NCBI GenBank assembly: GCA_027592755.1
Contig: JAQCLE010000005.1
Span: 11,909-75,908, forward strand
Reading direction: 5' to 3'
DNA length: 64,000 nt
Origin: Bacteroidota bacterium
Lineage (GTDB): Bacteria > Bacteroidota > Bacteroidia > Cytophagales > Cyclobacteriaceae
In this document: positions 18,376 to 27,059 of the stretch, in pieces
How positions within the stretch are numbered: position 1 is the first letter of the stretch
How the letters are laid out: each line of letters starts with the position of its first letter
Position numbers and translations under genes: made by a program
Notes under the pieces: generated by a model
Told to the model about the DNA's origin: nothing
Seen by the model: the letters and a program-made list of their open reading frames with translations, nothing else
The model's database searches: none

Positions 18376-18613
18376 AGCTCTCCATTAATGGGCCTTCAAA
18401 TTTGATTTCAATATTCAAGGCATTCAGCACAGCGGTGATGGTTGACCACTTTATAGTTTCCTTGCCTTTTTCAATGTCATAGATCACCGTTTTACCTACC
18501 CCAGCAAGATCTGCTAAATCAATTCGGGTGAGTTTGGCTTGCTTTCGGTGATATTGAACAATTTCTTTTAAAGTATAATTTACCGTCATAACGGCAAATA
18601 TAGCATATGACAA
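18347..18613 (-). CDS. hipB: XRE-family helix-turn-helix protein (HipB-like)
   Basis: 88 aa (80 aa from M9) with the HTH segment KLTRIDLADLAGVGKTVIYDIEKGK. It is the first gene of the co-directional, overlapping trio. Confidence 0.75.
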   Translation of the reverse strand: MSYAIFAVMTVNYTLKEIVQYHRKQAKLTRIDLADLAGVGKTVIYDIEKGKETIKWSTITAVLNALNIEIKFEGPLMESYEKSISENA

Positions 18614-18651
18614 CCAAATTTACAGGAATATAGGCTGTAGAAGTGCAAATA

Positions 18652-18669
18652 TTACCGCTTAAGAGGTAA
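18652..18669. promoter_or_regulatory. operator-like inverted repeat TTACC-N8-GGTAA upstream of hipB
   Basis: The sequence is TTACCGCTTAAGAGGTAA, 39-56 nt upstream of the hipB ATG. It has the same 5-N8-5 architecture as the E. coli hipBA operators (TATCC-N8-GGATA). Confidence 0.35.
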
Positions 18670-18725
18670 ATATAGGTAATTATTAAGAGTTATTTGGAGT
18701 TGTTAGGTTTATATAAAGTTAAAAA

Positions 18726-18742
18726 TACTGCTCAAGCGGTAA
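18726..18742. promoter_or_regulatory. second, inverted copy of the TTACCGCTTRAG motif
   Basis: The reverse complement of TACTGCTCAAGCGGTAA is TTACCGCTTGAGCAGTA. It shares TTACCGCTT(A/G)AG with the site at 18652. Confidence 0.3.
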
Positions 18743-18798
18743 TAAATCGATTCTTTGTGAGAGTTTTTTTAAGGTACTGTGTTTTACTTGATCAATAT

Positions 18799-19974
18799 TT
18801 AAATACCAATCTCACTCAATCCCAACCCGAGGACCTTCTGAGCTATTGCATCAACTTGCTGAAGTTCGCCTTCGAAGTGGTAGGTCTTGTGAATATGAGT
18901 TATAGATTCGCCATTGGCCAGTTCCCGGGTTGAGGACGATGTTTCCAATTCATAAAATGGCCCCAATTGTGAACCATCTTCCTGTGGGCCATCATTGTAG
19001 GAATTAATAACATCTCCCTTGTAAGGCTCATCCTGCAATTCCCACATTGAATTGACATAGGTCGTATCACTGTTGAAAGTGTACTCCACAATCGTGAGCA
19101 CGTTCTTAGCAGCATCATAACTTCCCGCGAAAGGTGTGGCGTTTTGCGATGGAAGTCCAATTTTACCACGGTACTTCCCATCGGCCTTAAAGAGGACGGT
19201 ATTGCCTTTGACCTGGAGTCTGTCAGCGGGTATCTCGCCAAAATATGTAGTGTTCAATTCCAAACTATCCCGATAAGGAACAGCAACGGTTGCTGCGGGT
19301 GAAGGTGTAAACATTCCCAGTATCCAGATCGATAATAGGCCGCTTTCCCTTGACCATTGGTTGCCGACATTTTGAATGGTGTTTTCTGATTGAAAGGCCA
19401 CGTATGACAAGCCTAGGTTGATGACAATTCCAAGGCTTTGTTCGATTTCGCTTTCTGAAAGGAGCGAGATCGATCTGGTAACATCGATATCAAATTGAAA
19501 TCCGGAGTAGTTGACCAACTTGATATTTCTTTTAAAGGTAGCAGATGACTCATCTCCTGAAACTTGTTTAAACGGTTCTGAATCAATAGCAGGTGGTGTT
19601 TGCCAGGCATCAAGGTTGAATTCTGAATCCTTTTCAAAGAAAATAGAATACTGCCCTCCTTCCGGCCCAAGCCAAAACCTGTCTTCACCGCCAAATGCAT
19701 TCATGTGTTCAACTATTTGACCCGAAACAATATGATCATAGTTTATCCAACCGTAGCTGTTTCCTTCAAGCCCTGATGAGGTACTTGTCATCACCCTTCC
19801 CTGGTAATCCGGTATGATTATAAGTTGCTGTTGTCCATCGGTGCTTTTCAAAATGGTCAATTCCTTATTTTCTCCAAGAAATTGAAGGTCAAAACCAAAA
19901 GTGCCTGGCTCATTGCTTGATTGGCAAGAGCAAAGTATTGTGACAAACACAATTGATAATTGAGCAAACTTCAT
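18799..19974 (-). CDS. hypothetical lipoprotein (family not recognised)
   Basis: 391 aa with the lipoprotein signal MKFAQLSIVFVTILCSC. The ORF is long and clean with no competing frame. The segment NAFGGEDRFWLGPEGG loosely resembles mutarotase-like domains, which is a weak impression only. Confidence 0.6.
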   Translation of the reverse strand: MKFAQLSIVFVTILCSCQSSNEPGTFGFDLQFLGENKELTILKSTDGQQQLIIIPDYQGRVMTSTSSGLEGNSYGWINYDHIVSGQIVEHMNAFGGEDRFWLGPEGGQYSIFFEKDSEFNLDAWQTPPAIDSEPFKQVSGDESSATFKRNIKLVNYSGFQFDIDVTRSISLLSESEIEQSLGIVINLGLSYVAFQSENTIQNVGNQWSRESGLLSIWILGMFTPSPAATVAVPYRDSLELNTTYFGEIPADRLQVKGNTVLFKADGKYRGKIGLPSQNATPFAGSYDAAKNVLTIVEYTFNSDTTYVNSMWELQDEPYKGDVINSYNDGPQEDGSQLGPFYELETSSSTRELANGESITHIHKTYHFEGELQQVDAIAQKVLGLGLSEIGI

Positions 19975-20020
19975 TTTGAAAAAGTTAAGTGAATAGCAAT
20001 ACCAGCTATTTTAACCATGA

Positions 20021-20057
20021 AAGAAAAAAGACCTGATTGGTCGAAAATCAAGTCTTT
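20021..20057 (-). terminator. Rho-independent terminator after the TIM-barrel gene
   Basis: The minus strand reads AAAGACTTGATT-TTCGACC-AATCAGGTCTTT (12-bp stem with one G-U pair) followed by TTTCTT. Confidence 0.55.
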
Positions 20058-20088
20058 GCTCTTACATCTTTTATCTAATAATCTATTA

Positions 20089-20955
20089 TTACACGTCGCA
20101 AATAGCAATAGACTCCCTCAATGAACGCAATGGATCGCCCGAGGCCGGTACAAACTCCTGGGCAACAAATCCCTTATGACCAACATCGACGATAGCCTGC
20201 ATAATGGCCGGATAATACAACTCCTGGGTTTCATCAATTTCATTCCTACCTGGGACGCCTCCAGTATGGTAATGGCCAAAGTATTGGTTGAAATCCCTAA
20301 TGGTTGCTATGATATCTCCTTCCATGATTTGCATGTGATAGATATCATAGAGGAGTTTAAAATTGGAGGAACCAATTTTTTCAACCAGTTTTACTCCCCA
20401 TGGAGTAAAATCGCACATGTAATCCTTATGATTTACCTTACTATTAAGAAGCTCCATCATAATCATTACATTATGTTTTTCTGCCAGTTTAATCAAAGGA
20501 TCAAGACCGATAGCGCAATTTTCAAGACCAACCTGGTCATCCATCCCATTGCGGTTCCCTGAGAAACAGATGATATTCTTCAACCCTGATTCAGCAGCCT
20601 TAGGTATAACAGCTGAGAATTTATTCTGTAAATCTTTGTGATTGTTCGGGTCATTGAAACCTTTGACAATTCCTGCACCCTCAACACTTGCCATAGTACA
20701 GGTTAGTCCTCTGTCAATAACAGTTTTCCATTCCGGTAGAGTAAGTATATCAACTCCAACAAGTCCCATTTCCTTGGCGGCGTCAGCCAGTTGCTCAAGG
20801 GGAATATCCCTATAACACCATCTACAAACTGAGTGGTTGATATTACCTTTTAGCGCAAGAGGCTTTGGCGAAGATGCATCGGCGGTTAAGGAAGAGGATA
20901 GTCCGATGCCCAACGTTCCGGCAGTCATCAGTTTTATTGCTTCTTTTCTTTTCAT
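20089..20955 (-). CDS. secreted xylose-isomerase-like TIM-barrel protein (hydroxypyruvate isomerase family)
   Basis: 288 aa with an N-terminal signal (MKRKEAIKLMTAGTLGIGLSSSLTADA). NHSVCRWCY, the MMELLN metal-binding Glu, and YDIYHMQIMEGD and HYHTGG are family patterns. Confidence 0.8.
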   Translation of the reverse strand: MKRKEAIKLMTAGTLGIGLSSSLTADASSPKPLALKGNINHSVCRWCYRDIPLEQLADAAKEMGLVGVDILTLPEWKTVIDRGLTCTMASVEGAGIVKGFNDPNNHKDLQNKFSAVIPKAAESGLKNIICFSGNRNGMDDQVGLENCAIGLDPLIKLAEKHNVMIMMELLNSKVNHKDYMCDFTPWGVKLVEKIGSSNFKLLYDIYHMQIMEGDIIATIRDFNQYFGHYHTGGVPGRNEIDETQELYYPAIMQAIVDVGHKGFVAQEFVPASGDPLRSLRESIAICDV

Positions 20956-20973
20956 GATTATCTTTTTAGTGGT

Positions 20974-21678
20974 CTAATTTAGCAAGTTACCATTATCATC
21001 CCATTTTGCAATTTCATTTCTGGTCTGCTGATCAATACATTTTGCAAGCCATTCTTCATCATAAGCCAGGCCATGTTCGGCCAAAACATCGTCAGGAACG
21101 CCATCCCAGACATTGGGTGAATTACCTTTATAGCCTAACGCATCAATACCCATTTTTGTGGTATAGTATCCTGTGAGCGTCAGGTTGCGCATCAAATTGA
21201 AAAATCTAACGCCTTGACCAACTTCCGGCGTGGCTTTATCAGGGTAAGCAATTTCATCAAGCAGTTCTTTATGCTGGGAACCGGTACATGACTTAAAATT
21301 TGTTCCGAATTTCCTATTAGCCCTGTTATCCAACCACATCAGCCCACCTCGCAAGGGCACCTGCTGGTATCTCATATCTTTGGCGATGAAGGCTATAAAT
21401 TCAGGCACACCTGCGTCATTGGCAGACCCAAATTCACCTGAAGCCGGGAGAATCAGATCACAGAGGACAGCAATGGTTTCTAGTTCATGTTCAGAGAAGA
21501 ATTTATCTTCAATCAGTTGTTGATCCCTTGCTATTTCCGCAGGCATCCTGCCATAAAGACCGGTTTTTGGAGTAACCCCCTGGCTGGCTGGCTCCCCGGA
21601 AGGAGCACATCCATTGATCACAAGCCCACCTGCTAAAGTGCCAACCAGCATTGATTTCATTGATTCACGACGATCCAT
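20974..21678 (-). CDS. gluconate 2-dehydrogenase subunit 3-family small subunit with a Tat-type signal
   Basis: 234 aa with the N-terminus MDRRESMKSMLVGTLAGGLVINGCA. It lies immediately downstream of the GMC dehydrogenase gene (11-nt gap). Confidence 0.75.
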   Translation of the reverse strand: MDRRESMKSMLVGTLAGGLVINGCAPSGEPASQGVTPKTGLYGRMPAEIARDQQLIEDKFFSEHELETIAVLCDLILPASGEFGSANDAGVPEFIAFIAKDMRYQQVPLRGGLMWLDNRANRKFGTNFKSCTGSQHKELLDEIAYPDKATPEVGQGVRFFNLMRNLTLTGYYTTKMGIDALGYKGNSPNVWDGVPDDVLAEHGLAYDEEWLAKCIDQQTRNEIAKWDDNGNLLN

Positions 21679-21689
21679 ATTTGATTCGT

Positions 21690-23405
21690 TTAGATGTTTT
21701 TGCTTTTCAATTGCTCAATAATGTATTCAGATGTCCTCATCGACAATGCAAGAATGGTCCATGTTGGATTTTTATCCGCCTGGGACACAAATGACCCTCC
21801 ATCAACGATGAAGACATTTTTGACTTCATGCATCTGCTGGTATTTATTAAGAACAGATGTTTTTGGGTCATCACCCATTCGTGTTGTTCCAACTTCATGG
21901 ATGATTCTACCGGGGTCAGCAATTCCATAGTTGCTGTCTTTCCCGGGTTTGTCTCCGAGTGGAATTGCTCCTATTTTATCAAAGATCTCCTCAAACGTTT
22001 CGTGCATGTGTTTTACCTGCTTAATTTCATTATCAGACCAGGTATAGTTAAATCGCAATACCGGAATACCCCATTCGTCAACGACATTTGGGTCGATCTC
22101 ACAATAGTTATCCTCCCGGGCAATGCACTCACCCCTTCCAGCTACTCCCATGGTTGCTCCATAATATTTGCGTACATCATCCCGAAGCTTATCTCCGTAC
22201 CCTCCAGTTTGCTCTCCAACAAACATGTTCATTTCAGAAGCGGCAAAACCAAAACCATAGGACGGCATACCCAGACCACCCCCCAATTCAATATGATATC
22301 CTCTGGGGAAATCAAGTTTTTTATTGTCGAGCCACCACGGGCTATAAACGTGCATGCCAGCTACGCCATCTTCATTGTAGATTTTTCTATCCATTAACTG
22401 GGGTACAAAAAATGATCTGCTGGATCCGGTGGAATCATGAAGGTATTTACCAGTGACATCACTCCCATTACCTATTCCGTTGGGATGTTGGCCACTTTTC
22501 GAATTCATTACGATTCTCGCAGAACTACAAGCGGAGGCCGCCAATACAACTGTTCTTCCTTTCAATCTATATTCCTGGCGGTCTTCCTTATTGACATAAG
22601 AGACTCCCGTTGCAAGGCCATTGCTATCAGTTGATACTTCTCGCACCATGGCATTTACAAAAAGGTCCACATTACCTGACTTCTGTGCTGGAAAAACAAG
22701 TGCACTACTTGAGGAAAAGTCTGCCTTCACAGAGCAAGCCCTGCTGCATTGGCTACAATAAAAGCAGACGCCACGATCATCATTTATTCTTTTTGTCACT
22801 ATCGACTTCCTTGATGGTATCACCTTCACACCGGCCTGCCTTGCTGCCTTGATGTAATAGAGCTCATGTAGTCTGGGTTTTGGAGCTGGCAGGAAAAAGC
22901 CATCAGGCTCGTTGTACAGGCCTTCTTTACTTCCGAAAATACCAATCAACTTATCAACGCGGTCATAATATGGCTTGATATCATCATAGCTAATTGGCCA
23001 GTTATCCCCGAGCCCATCTACGTCCTTGTGCTTGAAATCATTAGGGCCAAATCTCAGGGAAATTCTTCCCCAGTGATTAGTTCTGCCCCCCAGCATGTGG
23101 GATCTGAACCAATCGAATTTTGTTCCGGGTGTTCGGGTATAGGGTTCACCATCAATTTCCCAGCCTCCATAGGCAGCGTCGAAGTCACCGAATGCCCTTG
23201 TACTGCCAGCTCCCCGGCGGGGAGATTCCCACGGCCATTTTAGTTGGGTCATAAATTTCGGATCGGTTGGATCATAAAAGGGACCAGCTTCGACAAGCGC
23301 TACCTGGAGGCCTGCTTCGGACAGAATTTTAGTTGCCATACCGCCGCCTGCACCGCTGCCGACAATGATAGCATCATAAACTTTTGGTGATTCAATTATT
23401 TGCAT
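21690..23405 (-). CDS. GMC family FAD-dependent oxidoreductase (large dehydrogenase subunit)
   Basis: 571 aa with the FAD motif YDAIIVGSGAGGGMATKILSEAG and the C-terminal GMC pattern HEVGTTRMG...VFIVDGGSF. It has no signal peptide of its own. Confidence 0.9.
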   Translation of the reverse strand: MQIIESPKVYDAIIVGSGAGGGMATKILSEAGLQVALVEAGPFYDPTDPKFMTQLKWPWESPRRGAGSTRAFGDFDAAYGGWEIDGEPYTRTPGTKFDWFRSHMLGGRTNHWGRISLRFGPNDFKHKDVDGLGDNWPISYDDIKPYYDRVDKLIGIFGSKEGLYNEPDGFFLPAPKPRLHELYYIKAARQAGVKVIPSRKSIVTKRINDDRGVCFYCSQCSRACSVKADFSSSSALVFPAQKSGNVDLFVNAMVREVSTDSNGLATGVSYVNKEDRQEYRLKGRTVVLAASACSSARIVMNSKSGQHPNGIGNGSDVTGKYLHDSTGSSRSFFVPQLMDRKIYNEDGVAGMHVYSPWWLDNKKLDFPRGYHIELGGGLGMPSYGFGFAASEMNMFVGEQTGGYGDKLRDDVRKYYGATMGVAGRGECIAREDNYCEIDPNVVDEWGIPVLRFNYTWSDNEIKQVKHMHETFEEIFDKIGAIPLGDKPGKDSNYGIADPGRIIHEVGTTRMGDDPKTSVLNKYQQMHEVKNVFIVDGGSFVSQADKNPTWTILALSMRTSEYIIEQLKSKNI

Positions 23406-23519
23406 ATCTCAATTTAGGATTGGGAATCTAATATTAAGTGGAATTCTTAGAAAGATGAAAAAACTCCATGTCTTTTATAAGGCTCGTACTTCCTTAATTA
23501 TAGAAAAGGTTCAGTTTTG

Positions 23520-24452
23520 CTAGTAACCCCAGGACTTCATGATGGCAAGGTTGTCCTTCATGCAATCCAGAGGCGGCCTGCCCTGGTAAGCTTCCTGTTC
23601 TATGATCAGATGCGTAGCTCCTCCAGTTTTAACTGCTTCTTTGATTACTTTCCGAACATTCAATAAGCCAGTTCCAAGAACAGCGCTTTCATATTTGTGT
23701 CCTTCTCTTGAAGACGCTATTTCGTCTTTGACATGAATAGATTCAAACCTTTTGGGATACTTTCTTATGACTTCAACTGGTTTAGCAAATTCTAATAAAT
23801 TGCCCACGTCTAGTTGTTGCACCACGAGGTTAGCATCGGTATTCTCCATCATGATATCAAACATCAGCTTATCATTCAATTTAAGGTTGAATTCAAAATC
23901 ATGGTTGTGGTATCCAAATTTGACCCCTGCGTCCTTGCAGAGTTCACCGCATTTATTAAAAACTTCCATAAACCGTAAATATTCATTGTAATCCTTTCTT
24001 TGGGCCTGGTCAAGCCAGGGACTGATTACATATTGCTGCCCAATAAGAGCGGCATCATCGACGGTTTTTTTCCAATCATCAGTAAAATCATTAGTTGAAG
24101 CATCCCAATGCCGCAAGGCTAAAGTTGTATGTCCGCTTGACATGGTGATCCCAAGATCATCCAGTATTTTTTTAAATTCCTCTGGAGCATACCCATAGAA
24201 TTTACCATCAACATAGTTGGCATGTTCAGCATTATTATATCCCATGGCAGCTAATTGTTTAAGCGTCCCAAGTGGATCATTTCTCATTTCATCCCTTACT
24301 GAGTAGAGTTGCAAACCGACAGCAACCGTTGCCTTGCTTTTTGCAAAAAGTAAATGTGGAGTAACAGAAGCAACCGTAGCCGCTACTATACCATTTTTGA
24401 TAAAATTTCTACGGGACGAGAACATGGTTGAAACAGTTTTAGAATTTTTCAT
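23520..24452 (-). CDS. Tat-signal xylose-isomerase-like TIM-barrel protein (sugar phosphate isomerase/epimerase family)
   Basis: 310 aa with the twin-arginine signal SRRNFIKNGIVAATVASV and the family patterns GYHNHDFEF and HVKD. Confidence 0.8.
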   Translation of the reverse strand: MKNSKTVSTMFSSRRNFIKNGIVAATVASVTPHLLFAKSKATVAVGLQLYSVRDEMRNDPLGTLKQLAAMGYNNAEHANYVDGKFYGYAPEEFKKILDDLGITMSSGHTTLALRHWDASTNDFTDDWKKTVDDAALIGQQYVISPWLDQAQRKDYNEYLRFMEVFNKCGELCKDAGVKFGYHNHDFEFNLKLNDKLMFDIMMENTDANLVVQQLDVGNLLEFAKPVEVIRKYPKRFESIHVKDEIASSREGHKYESAVLGTGLLNVRKVIKEAVKTGGATHLIIEQEAYQGRPPLDCMKDNLAIMKSWGY

Positions 24453-24647
24453 AATAACTCAAATTAAGGAAGAATGATGAGAGTTACAATGACAATCTTA
24501 ATGTTTTAAAAGAATAAGTTAGCTAATTGATATGGCTAAGAAGTTACATTCTTTTTTCCCTCTTTTTTTTGAAGTCGTTCACAGTTTGTAGAAGTTAGTG
24601 GGTTGAAATCTAAATTCTTCTTTTTCGAACGTGTTAATCTAATCAAT

Positions 24648-26159
24648 ATGAGATTAATTTTACTCGCAACTTGCTTATGCTTCTTCAGCATGGCAATTGC
24701 TCAGAACCAGGTAGGGATTTTTGCGAATGCCAAAGACATAGGCAATCCAAAATCAAAAGGCAGTTCACAGTATGATGCTGCTAATCAGACCTATACAATA
24801 ACCGGAGGCGGATATAACATTTGGTTTAATCGTGATGAGTTCCAATATCTCTACAATAGTATCGCTGGAGATTTTATTCTTACCGCGAACTTTGAATTTA
24901 TAGGTGAAGGCACCGAAGGCCATCGTAAAGTGGGCTGGATGATCCGAGAATCTGATCGTGAAGACGCGGCCCATGTGAGTGCGACTTTGCATGGCGACGG
25001 TCTTACCGTTATGCAATGGCGTGAACTTAGGGGTGCCTTTATGCGTGATCCCGAGGATGAAATATTTCCTCCCAAGAGCAACTATGGTATCCTGCAGTTG
25101 GAAAGGGCAGGGGATGAGATTATCATGAGAGCTGCCCATTGGGGTGAACCTCTTCAGCTTATTGGTTCGCATAAGATGGCACATCTACCTGAAACTGTTT
25201 TGGCAGGTTTATTTGTTGGATCTCACAATTCCGACATTCTTGAAACAGCCAAGGTTTGGAATGTGAGAATTGACAAGCCTGTTGGTGATGACTATAGCGT
25301 TCAGGAGAACGGTTGGCTTGGATGCCGTATGGAGATCATCAATCCCTTTGACGGCAAAAGAAAAGTCATTTATGAGAAGGATGGACGCTTTGAAGCTCCG
25401 AACTGGTTGCCGGACGGTAAAAAGCTTTTGTTCAATATGGATGGCTCCCTTTATAAAATTCCCATTGATGGCGGTGAGTTGGAAAAACTGAATACTGGCT
25501 CTGTTGCTAGATTAAACAATGACCATGGCATATCTTTCGATGGGAAAACGCTTGCAATTAGCCATAACGCTGGTGAGGGTTCTGCTGTATTTGTACTACC
25601 CCTTGAAGGTGGAGAACCAAAACGAGTGACTGAAGGTACACCTTCCTATTGGCATGGATGGAACCCGAACAATAAGAGCGTTGTATATGTAGCACAGAGG
25701 AACGGCGTGAAAATTTACAATGTTTATGAAGCTACCATTAAGGATGGAAAAGAAACTGCATTAACAACCTTTGACTACGGTCATGTAGATGGTCCTGAAT
25801 ATTCTCCTGATGGGAAATATGTTTACTATAATGGTTCGCAGTCAGGTACCATGCAACTTTGGAGAATGAAGCCGGATGGTTCTGCAAGAGAACAACTAAC
25901 ATTTGATGAGAACAATGATTGGTTCCCTCATATATCACCTGATGGAAAATGGATATTATACATTTCCTTCCCGGCGACAAATCCGGTAGATGGTCATCCG
26001 TCCTATAAAAGGGTATCCTTAAAATTAATGCCGGCTAATGGTGGTGAATCAAAAACAGTTGCTTATTTATACGGTGGACAAGGAACTATCAACGTTCCTT
26101 CATGGTCTCCTGATAGCAAGTTTGTGTCTTTTGTAAGCAATTCCGGCAGGAATGACTAA
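24648..26159 (+). CDS. secreted two-domain protein: N-terminal jelly-roll-like domain plus TolB-like beta-propeller
   Basis: I chose the start at ATG 24648, which gives the signal MRLILLATCLCFFSMAIAQ. The C-half has TolB/WD40-like repeats (WLPDGKKLLF, SFDGKTLAIS, YSPDGKYVYY, ISPDGKWILY, WSPDSKFVSF). Confidence 0.7.
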   Translation: MRLILLATCLCFFSMAIAQNQVGIFANAKDIGNPKSKGSSQYDAANQTYTITGGGYNIWFNRDEFQYLYNSIAGDFILTANFEFIGEGTEGHRKVGWMIRESDREDAAHVSATLHGDGLTVMQWRELRGAFMRDPEDEIFPPKSNYGILQLERAGDEIIMRAAHWGEPLQLIGSHKMAHLPETVLAGLFVGSHNSDILETAKVWNVRIDKPVGDDYSVQENGWLGCRMEIINPFDGKRKVIYEKDGRFEAPNWLPDGKKLLFNMDGSLYKIPIDGGELEKLNTGSVARLNNDHGISFDGKTLAISHNAGEGSAVFVLPLEGGEPKRVTEGTPSYWHGWNPNNKSVVYVAQRNGVKIYNVYEATIKDGKETALTTFDYGHVDGPEYSPDGKYVYYNGSQSGTMQLWRMKPDGSAREQLTFDENNDWFPHISPDGKWILYISFPATNPVDGHPSYKRVSLKLMPANGGESKTVAYLYGGQGTINVPSWSPDSKFVSFVSNSGRND

Positions 26160-26181
26160 AACATTAAATTATTAAGAGCTG

Positions 26182-26821
26182 ATGAAAATAGTTGATATAA
26201 AAATAAAGTTTGTACCGGTACTTGCTTTGCTGGTTGCTATGACAATTGATGCAAGCGCCCAGAATAATCAAGGGATGTTTGCAGGAAGTACCGATATAGG
26301 TACAATAAAGATCTCTGGAACTTTGAAATATGACCCAAATACAGGCAGTTATACGGTCGGTGGTTCGGGTCAAAACGTATGGGGCCGACAGAGACGACTT
26401 TAATTTTTCATGGAAGAAAATCACAGGTGATTTTACCATGCAAACTGACATTAAATTTGTTGGAGAGGGAAAAAACGCCCATCGTAAAGTTGGTATTATG
26501 TTAAGGCATAGCTTGGAGCCCAACACACCTTACGCTGATGCATGTGTACATGGCGATGGCCTGACGGGATTACAATACCGAAGAACTATCGATAATCCAA
26601 CCGAGCAGATTACTTCGGCAGCCAAAATGCCCAAAAGTATCCGCTTACGCCGTATGGGTGATACAATTTTAATGTCTACCTCGATGAATGGAACGGATTT
26701 CGATTCAACGGGCTCAATTATTTTAGAACTGGGAGATGAAGCCTATTTGGGGATATTCATGGGTTCTCATGGAGAGAATGATTTTGAAGAAGCGATTTAT
26801 TCTAATTTGTCTATTATATAA
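26182..26821 (+). pseudogene. stand-alone paralogue of the N-terminal domain of the preceding gene, frame-disrupted
   Basis: ORFs 26182..26403 (signal peptide ...GGSGQNVWG) and 26330..26821 (ADRDDFNFSWKKITGDF...HRKVGIMLRH...HGDGLTGLQYRR) together are collinear with residues about 20-220 of the 24648 gene. Removing one G from the GGGG run at 26381-26384 restores NVWADRDDF, which aligns with NIWFNRDEF in the paralogue. Confidence 0.6.
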
Positions 26822-27059
26822 ACGAGTAATTGATTTTAGTACTTCTTCCTTCGTCGAAGAATTAGGAAATGAATCGACAATGAGCAAGATGTCGATTCTC
26901 AGCCTTTGAATTCATTGGAACAATTGGGAGGAATGGGGCTGCCCACTTGTCTGAAACAAAATCAATTGACTGAATAGGAAGTTATTCCAACGGTAGACTT
27001 TAAAAACCTTCTGGATTACAGAACCCTTTTTTATATTACCGGAAATATCCAATTGTTAA

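Noticed and set aside
15953-18613. The cyclase plus neighbouring genes read as a Pycsar/CBASS-like cyclic-nucleotide defence system.
   Set aside because: No cNMP-binding, TIR, patatin or pore-forming effector is adjacent. The cyclase is convergent with the TA genes, not co-oriented, and it looks like the common membrane class III type.
21694-23243. A run of plus-strand ORFs (up to 189 aa) antisense to the GMC oxidoreductase gene.
   Set aside because: They are antisense to a gene with unambiguous FAD/GMC motifs. Their sequences are low-complexity and rich in Ser, His and Cys.
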